Source: Gammaproteobacteria bacterium
GTDB lineage: Bacteria; Pseudomonadota; Gammaproteobacteria; Eutrophobiales; Eutrophobiaceae
Length of the DNA: 64,000 nt
Direction of reading: 5' to 3'
Assembly (NCBI GenBank): GCA_965116495.1
Contig: OZ220696.1
Coordinates: 2,880,001-2,944,000 of the forward strand
Shown piece by piece: positions 41,178-54,849 of this stretch (positions within the stretch are counted from its first letter, which is position 1; each line of letters begins with the position of its first letter). A program made the position numbers and the translations under genes. The notes under the pieces were generated by a model. The model saw only the letters and a list, made by a program, of their open reading frames with translations. It made no database searches and was not told where the DNA came from.

Positions 41178-41708
41178 TTATTCAGTCAGCGTATTCAAGC
41201 GGCGTATGATCTGGGTCGCAGCCTGTTGGATCAGTTCTTCCTTGATTATCTCCTCCTCGGCAAATTTCCCCAGCGCCGCGTCTTCATCAAAGGCATAGTC
41301 CCCCCTGACCCGGATGACCTGATTCAACACCAGCAGTTCCCCGCCGGCTTGGCTGATGCTGATGCGGGTGGAGAAAACAACCTGGTATTCCTCAACCTTG
41401 CCGGTATCGGGAGAGACGCTCAATACCTGGCGGACGAATTCCTCACCACCCAGGGTCAACGCATAGTCGGCCCCCTCCAGGCTGTCCATGACAATTACGC
41501 CAGCATCCGACAACTGTGATTTCACCGCGGCGCCAAGCTCGCTGGCGGCAGTTGCCACGACATGGATGTGATACCCGCTATCCGCTTTAACCTGCGGGCT
41601 CTGGCCGCGCAAATGGTAACCACAACCCTGCGCCAGAATCGAGACAAAGAGAACAACGTGCAAAAGTGGGATTCTCATGCGCGCAAAGGATACGGCTTTC
41701 CGCGGCAT
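41178..41708 (-). CDS. lptE: LPS assembly lipoprotein
   Basis: GCGYHLRG; lies between leuS and holA. Confidence 0.92.
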   Translation of the reverse strand: MPRKAVSFARMRIPLLHVVLFVSILAQGCGYHLRGQSPQVKADSGYHIHVVATAASELGAAVKSQLSDAGVIVMDSLEGADYALTLGGEEFVRQVLSVSPDTGKVEEYQVVFSTRISISQAGGELLVLNQVIRVRGDYAFDEDAALGKFAEEEIIKEELIQQAATQIIRRLNTLTE

Positions 41709-41761
41709 GATACAAGGAAAACCCGGGCATGGCCGGCTTGGCGCGTCAGCGGCCGGTTCTG

Positions 41762-44341
41762 CTATCCCACGACGATGTTGACCAGGCGTTGCGGCACAAC
41801 GATGACTTTCTTTACCTGTTTCCCGCTGATATGCCGTTGTACGTTCTCATTGTCCAGTGCGGCCGCCTGGATCAGCTCTTCAGAGGCGTCCGGCAGGGTA
41901 ACGATCTGTGCCCGCTTTTTTCCGTTTACCTGCACCACCAGCTGACATTCATCTTCGATCAGGGCCGCGGCATCCGCGCGGGGCCAGGCGGCATCGATCA
42001 GGGCCGTCTGCTGGTCCATGGCGCGCCAGATTGCATCGGTGATATGCGGAATGATGGGTGACAGGAGCAGGACCATGACCTCCAGCCCTTCCCGCCGGAC
42101 TGCCCTGGCATTGCCGGATTCATCGTTCATGCGGTTCAGCGCGTTCAACAGTTCCATTACCGCGGCAATGGCGGTGTTGAAGGTATAGCGCCGGCCGATG
42201 TCATCATTGACCTTGACGATGGTCCGGTGGATCTTGCGGCGTACATCGCGCTGCTCACTGGTATAGGGGACCAGCTCTGCGCGGGGACTGTTCCGGTAAT
42301 TCTGCAAGGCGAATTTCCACAGCCGTTTGAGAAACCGGTGGGCGCCCTCAATCCCCGAATCCGACCACTCCAGGCTCTGATCCGGCGGCGCGGTAAACAT
42401 GACGAACAGGCGTACGGTATCGGCGCCGTATTTATCGATCATGTCCTGCGGGTCGACGCCGTTATTCTTTGATTTGGACATCTTTTCCATTTTGCCGATG
42501 ATCACCGGCAGGCCGTCCTCCCTGAGGCGGGCCGCGCTGATCCTGCCCCGGGCGTCACGCTCGAACTCCAGGTCGTTTCGGTTGTAATAGGTCCTGCGCC
42601 CCTGCTCTTCCCGGTAAAAGGTTTCTGCGACGACCATCCCCTGGGTCAACAGGTTCGTGAACGGCTCCCCGTAGCGGGTCAAACCCTGGTCTCGCATGAG
42701 TTTCAGGAAAAAGCGCGCGTACAGCAAATGTAACACCGCGTGTTCTATGCCTCCCACGTACTGGTCCACCGGCAGCCAGTAATCGGCCCGGGCATCCACC
42801 ATGGCTTCGTTATTATCGGCGCTGCAGAAGCGCGCAAAATACCAGGAGGATTCGAAAAACGTATCGAAGGTATCGGTTTCCCGGCGCACCAAACGGCCGG
42901 TTTCCGGATGGCGCGCATGCAAAAACTCATCTATGTCCCTGAGCGGCGAGCGCACGCCCGAGAACTCAATCTGTTCCGGCAATACCACGGGTAGTTCAGC
43001 CGCAGTAACGGGATCTGAATTCCCGTCCTCATCGGTGATGATGGGAATCGGACAGCCCCAGTAACGCTGCCTGGCTATCCCCCAATCGCGCAACCGGTAG
43101 TTGACCTTGCGCGCGCCGCGCCCGCATTCCTCCAGCCTCCCGGCAATGGCAGCAAATGCCTGTTCGGAAGTCAGGCCGTCAAAATCCCCGGAATTTTTCA
43201 ATACACCCTTAACCTCGCAGGCACCGCCATCCAGGTTCAACTCACTGCCGTCAGCAGGGTATACGACCGGCCTGATGGCAAGATCATATTTTTTTGCGAA
43301 TTCCCAGTCTCGCTGATCATGCCCCGGGACGCCCATCACGGCACCGGTGCCATAACCCATCAGGATAAAATTGGCCGTCCATACGGGCAACGCTTCCCCG
43401 GTAAGCGGATGCAGCGCGTACAGCCCCAGCGGCACCCCTTCTTTTTCCATGGTTTCCAGTTCGGCTTCCGTCGACCCGGCGCGACGGTGCCTGTGCAGAA
43501 AGTCGGCAACACCTGCGTTTTCCGCGGCAACGGCAACGGCCAGAGGATGCTCCGCAGCCAGCGCCAGGTAACTGACGCCGAACAAGGTGTCGGGTCGTGT
43601 GGTAAACACAGCGAGAGTGTCGGCGTTCCCTGACAGCTGGAACTCGACCTCCACCCCTTCCGAACGGCCTATCCAGTTCTTTTGCATGGTTCGCACCGAC
43701 TCGGGCCAGCCGGGCAGGTTGTCAAGCTCCCCCAGCAGTTCCTCTCCGTATTCAGTAATTTTCAAAAACCACTGAGGTATTTCCTTCCTTTCCACAACCG
43801 CGCCGGAACGCCAGCCCCGGCCGTCGATCACCTGTTCATTGGCCAGGACGGTCTGGTCAACGGGGTCCCAGTTGACGGGCGTAGTCTTTTTGTAGACCAG
43901 GCCTTTTTTATATAACTCGGTAAAAAACCATTGTTCCCAGCGGTAATAGTCCGGTTTACAAGTCGCGATCTCCCGGTCCCAGTCGTAGGCAAAGCCCAAC
44001 CGTTTTAACTGGGTGCGCATGTAATCGATGTTCCGGTACGTCCATTCCGCCGGCGCTACCCGGTTCTCTATTGCCGCATTCTCCGCGGGCAGGCCAAAAG
44101 CATCCCAACCCATGGGCTGGAGCACGTTCTTGCCCTGCAGGCGCTGGTAACGGGCTATCACGTCGCCGATGGTGTAATTACGTACGTGGCCGATATGCAG
44201 TTTCCCGCTGGGATAAGGAAACATGGACAGACAATAAAACTTTTCCCTGTCGGGGTCTTCCGTCACCTTGAAGGAGCTGTTTTGCTCCCACGCTGCCTGG
44301 ACTTCGAGTTCAATTTTCCGGGGTTGGTATGCTACATCCAT
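41762..44341 (-). CDS. leuS: Leucine-tRNA ligase
   Basis: [18 protein letters not shown]. Confidence 0.98.
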   Translation of the reverse strand: MDVAYQPRKIELEVQAAWEQNSSFKVTEDPDREKFYCLSMFPYPSGKLHIGHVRNYTIGDVIARYQRLQGKNVLQPMGWDAFGLPAENAAIENRVAPAEWTYRNIDYMRTQLKRLGFAYDWDREIATCKPDYYRWEQWFFTELYKKGLVYKKTTPVNWDPVDQTVLANEQVIDGRGWRSGAVVERKEIPQWFLKITEYGEELLGELDNLPGWPESVRTMQKNWIGRSEGVEVEFQLSGNADTLAVFTTRPDTLFGVSYLALAAEHPLAVAVAAENAGVADFLHRHRRAGSTEAELETMEKEGVPLGLYALHPLTGEALPVWTANFILMGYGTGAVMGVPGHDQRDWEFAKKYDLAIRPVVYPADGSELNLDGGACEVKGVLKNSGDFDGLTSEQAFAAIAGRLEECGRGARKVNYRLRDWGIARQRYWGCPIPIITDEDGNSDPVTAAELPVVLPEQIEFSGVRSPLRDIDEFLHARHPETGRLVRRETDTFDTFFESSWYFARFCSADNNEAMVDARADYWLPVDQYVGGIEHAVLHLLYARFFLKLMRDQGLTRYGEPFTNLLTQGMVVAETFYREEQGRRTYYNRNDLEFERDARGRISAARLREDGLPVIIGKMEKMSKSKNNGVDPQDMIDKYGADTVRLFVMFTAPPDQSLEWSDSGIEGAHRFLKRLWKFALQNYRNSPRAELVPYTSEQRDVRRKIHRTIVKVNDDIGRRYTFNTAIAAVMELLNALNRMNDESGNARAVRREGLEVMVLLLSPIIPHITDAIWRAMDQQTALIDAAWPRADAAALIEDECQLVVQVNGKKRAQIVTLPDASEELIQAAALDNENVQRHISGKQVKKVIVVPQRLVNIVVG

Positions 44342-44510
44342 CTCGTATGATCTTGTCTGCATCAAACGGCAAAGCATACAGTAGAGGGATTGTGATGAAC
44401 AAGTGCAAAAGTTATCAGCGACCGTCCCCGCCTGCCGGGAACTGCTAAACAGGGGCGGCCTTGAACCCCGCCCCCGATCGCACTTTGTAATACCTTTTCC
44501 TGACGGTTTG

Positions 44511-44783
44511 TTATTCGGCAGGCTCGCCGACCGTCAGGAGGGCCCTGTTTTTTTCAACCAGGGTCTGGCCTATGCCCCTGATATGGGTCAATTCCTGTAC
44601 TGAATTGAAGCCGCCGTTTTGTTCCCTGTAGTTGATAATCCTTTCGGCGTAGCTTTCACCGATACCGCTCAGGGTCATCAGCGTTTCCTTATCCGCCGTA
44701 TTGATGTCAACCGCATCCCTGGCAAGAAGTAATGCCGGCAGGCAGAGTAACATGAGGACAGCAAGTCTCCTTAGTAATTGCAT
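44511..44783 (-). CDS. comEA: ComEA family helix-hairpin-helix DNA-binding protein
   Basis: Signal peptide; [26 protein letters not shown]. Confidence 0.88.
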   Translation of the reverse strand: MQLLRRLAVLMLLCLPALLLARDAVDINTADKETLMTLSGIGESYAERIINYREQNGGFNSVQELTHIRGIGQTLVEKNRALLTVGEPAE

Positions 44784-44839
44784 AATGGTCTCCTTCTGTT
44801 TGAAAGTTTGTATTCCGTGATCCTTGACCACACAGGGAA

Positions 44840-45316
44840 GTTTAACAATCGCACCGGTACGGACAAGAAAAAGATTGCCCGGTTTGTGGGAAAAATCACA
44901 AATCGTGTCAGAATTACTTACGCTGCGTCACGCCGCCACACCCTGTCAAGGCCATGTTATAATCATTAATATCTTTGATTTTCAATAAGTTATGTTTAAA
45001 TAATCCGTCAGACCAAGCATTTTTCTGGGCGTGTCCGGCTTCTCGAAGGACAGTCTGTATACCCTTAAAGAGATTCTGGTTTATACTACACACATATGCC
45101 GGGCGAACGTAGCCGGGCCCTGTTATTAACGGGCAAAACAACCTGTGAGCAACCTATAGAAAAATGAGTCCAGTCACCAGGCAAACAAGTTGTCCACAGA
45201 CAATAAAGTGGAAAGGAGCATTAAGGAGGATCAAAAAAATGCGATACTCTTTTGATTTTAATGGAATAAATAAGTTTTCCAGAAACAAAGACGCTTAATA
45301 ACAACAAGATGGTACT
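44840..45316. other. Candidate replication origin (oriC-like region)
   Basis: AT-rich gap upstream of dnaN; near-consensus DnaA boxes at 44885-44893, 45190-45198 and 45275-45283; TAA-TAA-CAA-CAA run at 45296-45307; gene-strand switch; parS sites nearby. Confidence 0.6.
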
Positions 45317-46417
45317 ATGAATCTAACTATTACTAGAGAACAACTCCTGCCAGCGCTGAACAGCGTCTGCGGGGTTGTCGACAGCCGACCGACCCTTACC
45401 ATCCTTGCAAATCTCCTTGTCAGTATTTCCCCTCAGCAGATCCGACTGACATCTACAGACATGGAGGTGGAACTTTCCGCATCCATTTCAGGCGAGTTCG
45501 GTTCCTCCGGGGACATAACCATACCTGCGCGGAAGCTCTTGGATATTTGCCGAGCGCTGCCGGAAGATGCGCAAATGACGCTTGCAATTGAGAATGACCG
45601 GGTGAACCTGACATCAGGCCGGAGCCGGTTTTCCTTACTGTCTTTACCTGCACAGGAATTTCCCCTGGTCGAACCGGGCGAAACAGATGCCAGCTTCACT
45701 ATTGCCCAACAGTTGTTTAAATCGTTGCTGGACAGGACTGCTTTTGCCATGGCCAGGCAGGATGTCCGCTATTACCTTAATGGCGTTTTACTTGAGGCGC
45801 AGCACAATAGCCTGCGCGCGGTTGCAACAGACGGTCACAGGCTCGCCCTGAGTGATGTTGACGCTGTTATTCCTACAGAAGAAAAAAAGCAACTAATCGT
45901 TCCGAGAAAGGGGGTGCAGGAACTGCTGCGGCTGTTGGGGGAAACAGGTGACGAAACGGAAATCGTCATGAGTAAAAACCATGTCCGTATCGCGTTGGAC
46001 AACCTGGTTTTTACCAGCAAACTGATTGACGGCAAATACCCGGACTATAACCGGGTGATCCCTGAACCGTCAGTGCATCCGGTACTGGCACAGCGGGAAC
46101 AGCTCAGACAGAGCTTAAGCCGGGCCTCGATCCTCTCCAGCGACAAATACCGGGGTGTGAAAATCACGCTGGAGCAGAATAAACTGCGGGCGCTTGTTCA
46201 TAACCCGGAACACGAACAGGCGGAAGACGAGATTGACGTGGAATATACGGGAGAGAATCAGGAAGTCGGGTTTAACGTTTCCTACCTGCTCGATGCTGTC
46301 AGCATCATTCCAACCGACCGGGTCAGGCTTTCCGTGTCATCCCCGAAAAGCGGTTGTCTTGTGTTGCCGGAGGAAGGGGAAGGGAGCAAATATATCGTCA
46401 TGCCGCTGCTGCTGTAA
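45317..46417 (+). CDS. dnaN: DNA polymerase III beta clamp
   Basis: AMARQDVRYYLNG, VATDGHRLA, SKLIDGKYPDY. Confidence 0.98.
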   Translation: MNLTITREQLLPALNSVCGVVDSRPTLTILANLLVSISPQQIRLTSTDMEVELSASISGEFGSSGDITIPARKLLDICRALPEDAQMTLAIENDRVNLTSGRSRFSLLSLPAQEFPLVEPGETDASFTIAQQLFKSLLDRTAFAMARQDVRYYLNGVLLEAQHNSLRAVATDGHRLALSDVDAVIPTEEKKQLIVPRKGVQELLRLLGETGDETEIVMSKNHVRIALDNLVFTSKLIDGKYPDYNRVIPEPSVHPVLAQREQLRQSLSRASILSSDKYRGVKITLEQNKLRALVHNPEHEQAEDEIDVEYTGENQEVGFNVSYLLDAVSIIPTDRVRLSVSSPKSGCLVLPEEGEGSKYIVMPLLL

Positions 46418-46458
46418 GCGTCTGAACAACCCATGCAATACCTGCATCTGTGCTGCCA

Positions 46459-47520
46459 ATGCATATAGAATGGCTGCAGGTCAGAAATGTTCGTAATTTG
46501 TCCAATCTGAGGATTGAGCCGGGTCCTGGGCTTAATATCGTTTATGGCCCAAACGGCAGTGGTAAAACAGCGCTGCTGGAAGCCATCTACTTTCTGGGGC
46601 GATGCCGTTCTTTCCGCACGCCGGGGATAAACCGTGTTATTCGTCACCACCAAAAAGAATTACAGGTCAGCGCCGGCATGCGCATGCCGGATCGCTCCCT
46701 GGTTGTAACCGGGGTAGAACGCAGCAGGTCAGCGATAACCATTCGTTACAACAACCGGACTGTTCGCAGGGTATCGGAACAGGCGGCACAAATCCCTGTT
46801 ATCACGATAACACCGGACAGCCACGGGCTGGTTTCCGGAAGCCCCGTGTACCGCAGGCGCTGGCTGGATTGGGCGATGTTTCACGTGGAACCAAACTATA
46901 TTGAGGCCTGGCGGGATTACTATAAGGCACTGAAAAACCGAAACAGTTTGTTGCGCAGAAAGAAAGTAGAACAACTGGAAGCGTGGGAACAGGCCATGTG
47001 CCGGGCTGCCGGGATTATAAACAAGCAGAGGGACGCTTTTATTACTGACTTATCTGAAGAACTGGCAGGGACCGCACAGCAGCTTGATATACCACTGGTT
47101 GCGCTTGAGTATGACCGGGGCTGGGCGCCCGGTGATGACCTGGCGAAATTTCTCGCGACACAGCGCATGGGGGACCTGGAAAGAGGGGTGACCCGCTACG
47201 GTATCCACAGGAGTGAAGTGGTGATACGCCAGGACGGAAGAGACATCGGACACTTTTATTCCCGCGGCCAGATCAAGCTGTGTATCATAGCATTGTCTCT
47301 GGCCCAGGAGAGGGTATTCAGGCACAGGATGAGGCGCGCGCCTATTATCCTTTTGGACGATTATGGGGCAGAGTTGGACGTGGCCGGACAGCATCGTGTT
47401 ATTGACGTGCTGGCGGGTCTGGGGGGCCAGACTTTCATTACGACTACGGGAAAAATCCCGGCATGTGCGCACGGTAAACAGAAAATGTTTCACGTGGAAC
47501 AAGGCGTCCTCGTAACGTGA
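46459..47520 (+). CDS. recF: DNA replication/repair protein RecF
   Basis: GPNGSGKTALLEAI, SRGQIKL, LLDD; lies between dnaN and gyrB. Confidence 0.96.
   Translation: MHIEWLQVRNVRNLSNLRIEPGPGLNIVYGPNGSGKTALLEAIYFLGRCRSFRTPGINRVIRHHQKELQVSAGMRMPDRSLVVTGVERSRSAITIRYNNRTVRRVSEQAAQIPVITITPDSHGLVSGSPVYRRRWLDWAMFHVEPNYIEAWRDYYKALKNRNSLLRRKKVEQLEAWEQAMCRAAGIINKQRDAFITDLSEELAGTAQQLDIPLVALEYDRGWAPGDDLAKFLATQRMGDLERGVTRYGIHRSEVVIRQDGRDIGHFYSRGQIKLCIIALSLAQERVFRHRMRRAPIILLDDYGAELDVAGQHRVIDVLAGLGGQTFITTTGKIPACAHGKQKMFHVEQGVLVT
46877..46892. promoter_or_regulatory. parS centromere-like site in recF
   Basis: TGTTTCACGTGGAACC versus consensus TGTTTCACGTGAAACA. Confidence 0.8.
47486..47501. promoter_or_regulatory. 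parS centromere-like site in recF
   Basis: TGTTTCACGTGGAACA, 15/16 to consensus. Confidence 0.88.
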
Positions 47521-47601
47521 CGGGAGGCCTTGTGCTGCCGCTGATTATGTTGCGGTGAACAATGGGAATATGCTAAAATGCCTTTTTTGTTACGGGGCTA
47601 A

Positions 47602-50007
<2,406 letters not shown>

Positions 50008-50016
50008 GATTGTAAA

Positions 50017-50718
50017 TCAGCGGGTCGTTAATTCTGATCGGCGCGGCAACGGTACCGCGCGGGCCAGGCACCAAACCTGCACCTGTTCGCTGCCGTTGCG
50101 TTTCAAAAACCGGGCCAGTTCATTCGCAGTTGCACCTGTCGTCAGAACATCGTCTACGATAGCAATTCTATTGTAATCATTTGTTTTAGTTAGAGAAAAA
50201 GCACGTTTCACGTTGTTTTCCCGTTGCTCTGGGCGCAGGTCATACTGCTGTGCCGTGGCCTTGTGTCTGCACACCAGGCGATCATCAACAGGCAGGGATA
50301 AACTGTGTGCGAGGACACGCGCAATTTCCCTGGCCTGGTTGAAACCCCGGCTGCGCTGGCGAGAACTGTGTAATGGTACCGGCACGAGACACTCCGGCGG
50401 TTCGGAGCACTCAAGTCTGATCCGTTCGATCAAGGACCGGGACAGTGTGCGTACCGTATCCAGTCGCGCCTGGTATTTCAGCCGTTTTATCATCAGGTCG
50501 ACAGGATATCGGTACATATTCCCGGCAATACAGCAATCAAATGCCGGCGCGCGCGCAAAACAACGGACACAGGCGCCGGAGTCAGGTATCGGAACGCCGC
50601 AACAAAGGCACATTCCTGCAGGACGGGTTGGCAGGTCGGCATCACAATTCCGACACATTTGATCTTGCGCCGGGCTGAGGACTGCGCCGCAGAGAAGGCA
50701 CCGGTTAGTGATCAACAT
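50017..50718 (-). CDS. comF: ComF family competence protein
   Basis: N-terminal Cys pairs, [23 protein letters not shown]; divergent from bioB. Confidence 0.92.
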   Translation of the reverse strand: MLITNRCLLCGAVLSPAQDQMCRNCDADLPTRPAGMCLCCGVPIPDSGACVRCFARAPAFDCCIAGNMYRYPVDLMIKRLKYQARLDTVRTLSRSLIERIRLECSEPPECLVPVPLHSSRQRSRGFNQAREIARVLAHSLSLPVDDRLVCRHKATAQQYDLRPEQRENNVKRAFSLTKTNDYNRIAIVDDVLTTGATANELARFLKRNGSEQVQVWCLARAVPLPRRSELTTR

Positions 50719-50801
50719 CCTGGTTCATACTTGAAGAAGTAGTCAGCCTGTACGATAGTGAACAGTTGACAACTTTCGATTCCTCGATAACATACCGATC
50801 C

Positions 50802-51824
50802 ATGTTCACCGACAAAACAATTCGCGCGCGTGATGCGCTTCCTGCTCCAAGACATGACTGGAGCCTGACAGAAATCATAGCACTTTACCGGCAACCGTTT
50901 AACGATTTATTGCACAGGGCACAGACGGTCCACCGCAGTTGTTTCGACCCAAATAAAATCCAGTTAAGCACCCTGCTGAATATCAAAAGCGGCGGTTGCC
51001 CGGAAGACTGCGCCTATTGCCCGCAGAGCGCGCGTTACCGGACCGGTGTGGAAAACGAAGGCCTGATGTCCTGTGAGCAGGTTCTGGAAGCGGCGCGGCG
51101 CGCCAAAACATCCGGCGCAGGCCGGTTTTGCATGGGTGCTGCCTGGCGCAGTCCGAAAGACAGGGATATCGACAACGTCGCCGGGATGATCGCGGGGGTC
51201 AAGCGTCTCGGGCTTGAAACCTGTGTTACTCTCGGGATGTTGAAGCCCGGGCAAGCGGAACGTCTGAAACACGCCGGCCTGGATTATTACAACCATAATC
51301 TTGACACGTCCGAGAGTTTTTACGACACGATTATCAGCACCCGGACCTACCAGGACCGGCTGGATACGCTGCAACGCGTACGGGACGCCGGGATCAATGT
51401 CTGCTGTGGCGGCATAATCGGGATGGGAGAGTCTGTTGACGATCGGGCGGCGCTGCTGCAGACCCTGGCCTGTCTGTCCCAACATCCGGAGAGCGTGCCC
51501 ATCAACACCCTGGTCCGGGTAACGGGCACACCCTTGGCGGGAGAACAAGAAACGGACCCCATAGAACTGGTAAGAACCGTCGCCACGGCGCGTATCCTGA
51601 TGCCCCGCGCGTATGTTCGCTTGTCCGCGGGCCGCACTGAGATGAGTGATGCGACCCAGGCTCTTTGCTTTTATGCCGGCGCGAATTCCATTTTCTTCGG
51701 TGAGAAACTGCTGACGACCGACAACCCGCAATTTTCCAGAGATCAATCCCTGTTTAAACGATTGGGGCTGACAGCCAGCACGGATATTGCATCCGGAGAA
51801 GCGCCGGCTGCGCAGAACTTTTGA
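50802..51824 (+). CDS. bioB: Biotin synthase
   Basis: CPEDCAYC radical SAM motif, YNHNLDT; ATG 50802 preferred over the upstream TTG. Confidence 0.97.
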   Translation: MFTDKTIRARDALPAPRHDWSLTEIIALYRQPFNDLLHRAQTVHRSCFDPNKIQLSTLLNIKSGGCPEDCAYCPQSARYRTGVENEGLMSCEQVLEAARRAKTSGAGRFCMGAAWRSPKDRDIDNVAGMIAGVKRLGLETCVTLGMLKPGQAERLKHAGLDYYNHNLDTSESFYDTIISTRTYQDRLDTLQRVRDAGINVCCGGIIGMGESVDDRAALLQTLACLSQHPESVPINTLVRVTGTPLAGEQETDPIELVRTVATARILMPRAYVRLSAGRTEMSDATQALCFYAGANSIFFGEKLLTTDNPQFSRDQSLFKRLGLTASTDIASGEAPAAQNF

Positions 51825-53005
51825 TGTCCGTCTCCGCGCCGGCCGATCCTTTTTCATTGGCAAGGGGGCTGGATGGGATCAAGTCTGCCGGCCTGTTCCG
51901 CACAAGACCAACCATAGCTTCTGCACAGGGGGCGGTTATCCGTGCCGACGGGCAGCAGTTCATCAATTTTTCCAGCAATGACTACCTCGGTTTGGCCAAT
52001 GACGCCAGGCTGGTGGAAGCCGTCCAGTCCGCTGCTGCGATCTACGGAGTGGGCAGCGGCTCGTCACAACTGATCTGCGGCAGAAGCCGCGCCCACGAAC
52101 AGCTTGAAGAGATGCTGGCAACACATCTGGACCGTTCCCGGGCCGTGCTTTTTTCAAGCGGCTACCTGGCCAATCTTGCCGTAATAACCACCTTCGCCGC
52201 GCGCAGGGAAGACTGCGTCGTGATGGACAGGGAAAACCATGCTTCGTTGATCGACGGCGCAACGCTGGCCCGGGCAAGCCTGCGGCGCTATGCCCACAAT
52301 GACGTGCCGGCACTGGAACACCTTTGTTCGCAAGGCCGCACCCTGGTCGCGACGGAAGGCGTGTTCAGTATGAGCGGCACCATGGCTGCGCTGCCGGACA
52401 TCGCATCGGTTTGTGCAAGACGCCAGGCCCTGCTTGCTGTGGATGACGCGCACGGGTTCGGTATCCTGGGGAAAACCGGCGCCGGCGCACTGGAGCATTT
52501 TTCTTTGGACCAGGCGCAAGTGCCTGTTTTGATGGGGACTTTTTCCAAGGCCTGCGGCGTGATGGGGGCTTTCGTGGCCGGACCGGATGACGTGATAGAA
52601 ACCATTATCCAGGCCGGACGGTCGTATATTTACACAACGGCTATGGCGCCCGTCCTTGCGGCTGCGGCCGCCAGGGCGTTGGTCATTGTTGCCCGGGAAT
52701 CCTGGCGCCGGGACAAGCTGCGGGCACTGGTGGACAGGTTTGTCCGGGGCGCGCAGCAACTGGATTTGCCGCTACTGGCGTCCTCTACCCCCATACAGGG
52801 GTTTCACGTCGGCAGCGCGGCGGCCGCGGTAACCGGCAGGGACTTCGCCCGGGCCAGGGGGATCTGGGTAAGCGCCATTCGCACTCCCACCGTAGCGAAA
52901 AACACCGAGCGGCTCAGGATAACGTTGACGGCCGGCCATAACGATGAGCAGGTGGACCGGCTCCTCGACATGCTGGCGCAACTGAAAAAGAAGTTGTGGC
53001 CGTGA
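51821..53005 (+). CDS. bioF: 8-amino-7-oxononanoate synthase
   Basis: [24 protein letters not shown]. Confidence 0.96.
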   Translation: MMSVSAPADPFSLARGLDGIKSAGLFRTRPTIASAQGAVIRADGQQFINFSSNDYLGLANDARLVEAVQSAAAIYGVGSGSSQLICGRSRAHEQLEEMLATHLDRSRAVLFSSGYLANLAVITTFAARREDCVVMDRENHASLIDGATLARASLRRYAHNDVPALEHLCSQGRTLVATEGVFSMSGTMAALPDIASVCARRQALLAVDDAHGFGILGKTGAGALEHFSLDQAQVPVLMGTFSKACGVMGAFVAGPDDVIETIIQAGRSYIYTTAMAPVLAAAAARALVIVARESWRRDKLRALVDRFVRGAQQLDLPLLASSTPIQGFHVGSAAAAVTGRDFARARGIWVSAIRTPTVAKNTERLRITLTAGHNDEQVDRLLDMLAQLKKKLWP

Positions 53006-53880
53006 TCGACGCGCCCTTCCACAGGGAAAAGGCCGCGATAAGACGGAATTTCGACGGCGCAGCCGGCAGCTATGACCGGGTTGCCGTACTGCAACAAGCT
53101 GTAGGGGAGCGCCTGTTGCAACGGCTGGAAGCGATTAAACTCAAGCCGGCATACATACTGGACCTGGGGTCGGGTACCGGCAGCTTATCCATGCTGTTGG
53201 CCAGGCGTTATGACACAGCCCATGTTTTACAATTGGATCTTGCTGTTAACATGTTGTTGACAGCCAGGCGAAAGAACCGGCGGGCCGGTCGGCAATACCT
53301 GCTCTGCGGCGATGCCGAAAACCTGCCGTTGGCCGTTAACAGCATGGATTTCGCCTTCTCCAACCTCACGCTGCAATGGATCGCCCGGCTGGACCAGGTG
53401 TTTGCCGAGATTTATCGGTCATTGCGCCCAGGCGGGTTACTGCTGTTTTCCACATTCGGCCCGGACTCCCTGGTGGAATTGCGCAACAGCTGGGCCCGCG
53501 TGGACGATTACGTGCATGTCAATGCATTCACGGATATGCACGATGCAGGCGATGCGCTGGTGCGGGCCGGGTTCGTCGATCCGGTCATGGAAACGGAGAC
53601 ATTTACCCTGGTGTATGACAACGGCCGGTCACTGATGCGGGAATTGAAGACCCTGGGGGCCGGCAACGTGAATGCTGGCCGGCGCCGCTCTCTGACCGGC
53701 AAACACAAACTCCGGGCCATGCTGGAGGAATATGCGAACAGGTACGGGAACGGCGGTCTTCCGGCAACCTTTGAGGTAGTCTATGGACATGCCTGGGTGC
53801 CGGAGACGAAACAGGTACCACAGGAATTGACGGAACCTGGCGTTTACCCGCTCGCGTTCCGCGCCCGCGGCGCTACATGA
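52996..53880 (+). CDS. bioC: Malonyl-ACP O-methyltransferase
   Basis: LDLGSGTG, FSTFGPDSL.ELR, LPATFEVVYGHAW. Confidence 0.94.
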   Translation: MAVIDAPFHREKAAIRRNFDGAAGSYDRVAVLQQAVGERLLQRLEAIKLKPAYILDLGSGTGSLSMLLARRYDTAHVLQLDLAVNMLLTARRKNRRAGRQYLLCGDAENLPLAVNSMDFAFSNLTLQWIARLDQVFAEIYRSLRPGGLLLFSTFGPDSLVELRNSWARVDDYVHVNAFTDMHDAGDALVRAGFVDPVMETETFTLVYDNGRSLMRELKTLGAGNVNAGRRRSLTGKHKLRAMLEEYANRYGNGGLPATFEVVYGHAWVPETKQVPQELTEPGVYPLAFRARGAT

Positions 53881-53898
53881 GGGTGACAGACAACACCT

Positions 53899-53921
53899 GG
53901 GACGGAATTCAATTCCGTCCC
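53899..53921. repeat. Short near-perfect palindrome between bioC and bioD
   Basis: GGGACGGAATT-C-AATTCCGTCCC; possibly a relative of the GGGGWCAG family. Confidence 0.65.
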
Positions 53922-53976
53922 CATGCCCGGCCGCTGCGCGCCGGCGCTGAAAAGACGGCATAACAGTTTGTTTAAT

Positions 53977-54669
53977 ATGAGTAATTTATTTATCACCGGC
54001 ACTGATACAGGGGTCGGCAAGACCTGGGTAACCCTGGGGTTGATGATGCGCTTACAGGCCAGCGGCCTGGTTGTAAACGGCATGAAACCGGTCGCCAGCG
54101 GCAGCGAACGGCAGCAGGGGCAGCTGAGAAACGCCGATGCTTTGCTAATCTGGAACCAGTGCAGCCGCCCTGTCACCTATCACAAGGTGAACCCGTATGC
54201 ATTCGAAGAGCCGATCGCGCCCCACGTCGCCGCGCACAAGGAGCGGGTCAGTGTGGGCCTCGAAGCACTGGTCCCCGCGTACCAGGCCCTGGCCGCTACG
54301 GCTGACCGGGTTATCGTGGAAGGGGTCGGCGGCTGGCGGGTCCCGCTGTCGGACACGCTGCAAACCGAAGACCTGGTGCGGCAGTTGAATCTGGCCGTTG
54401 TCCTCGTGGTCGGGCTGCGTCTGGGCTGTATCAACCACGCGTTGCTTACCGGTGAATCCATTCACGCGGCGGGACTTGACTTTGCCGGCTGGGTCGACAA
54501 CGGCATCTGCCGTGATTACAGGGAAAAGCAGGCAACCCTGGATTATCTGTCCCGACATATACCCGCGCCGCATCTGGGAAGCATCCCCTGGCTGGACCGG
54601 TTGGAGCCGGCGCGGGTCGGCGCGGCGATCAGGGTTGAGCAGTTGTTCCCCGGAACCGGACCGGAATGA
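53977..54669 (+). CDS. bioD: Dethiobiotin synthetase
   Basis: FITGTDTGVGKT, KPVASG, VEGVGGW, LGCINHA. Confidence 0.97.
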   Translation: MSNLFITGTDTGVGKTWVTLGLMMRLQASGLVVNGMKPVASGSERQQGQLRNADALLIWNQCSRPVTYHKVNPYAFEEPIAPHVAAHKERVSVGLEALVPAYQALAATADRVIVEGVGGWRVPLSDTLQTEDLVRQLNLAVVLVVGLRLGCINHALLTGESIHAAGLDFAGWVDNGICRDYREKQATLDYLSRHIPAPHLGSIPWLDRLEPARVGAAIRVEQLFPGTGPE

Positions 54670-54849
54670 AAACGATCCGGACAGTTGGGCAGCAATCATC
54701 GAAACAGCCGGCGCGGCCTGGTATCAGTGCCGGCAAAGGGCGGGACGAAGCAGGAATATCCAGCTACGCGCTTGAATAATCGTGGTACTCCTATTATCCT
54801 TTTGCAACGTTTGCATTGTCAGTACGTGAAATAGTAGTTGCGGTGGGGC

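Noticed and set aside
44975-45002. TTATGTTTAAAT resembling the XerD arm of dif
   Set aside because: Extra base relative to TTATGTTAAAT, no XerC arm, and the context is origin-like
45011-45135. Possible dnaA 3' remnant upstream of dnaN
   Set aside because: The plus-strand frame I translated shows no convincing DnaA domain IV motif (RDHTTV); not supportable without a translated search
50741-50772. Possible BirA operator (AGTCAGC-N17-GTTGACA) upstream of bioB
   Set aside because: Only the right half-site is good and the spacing is off by one
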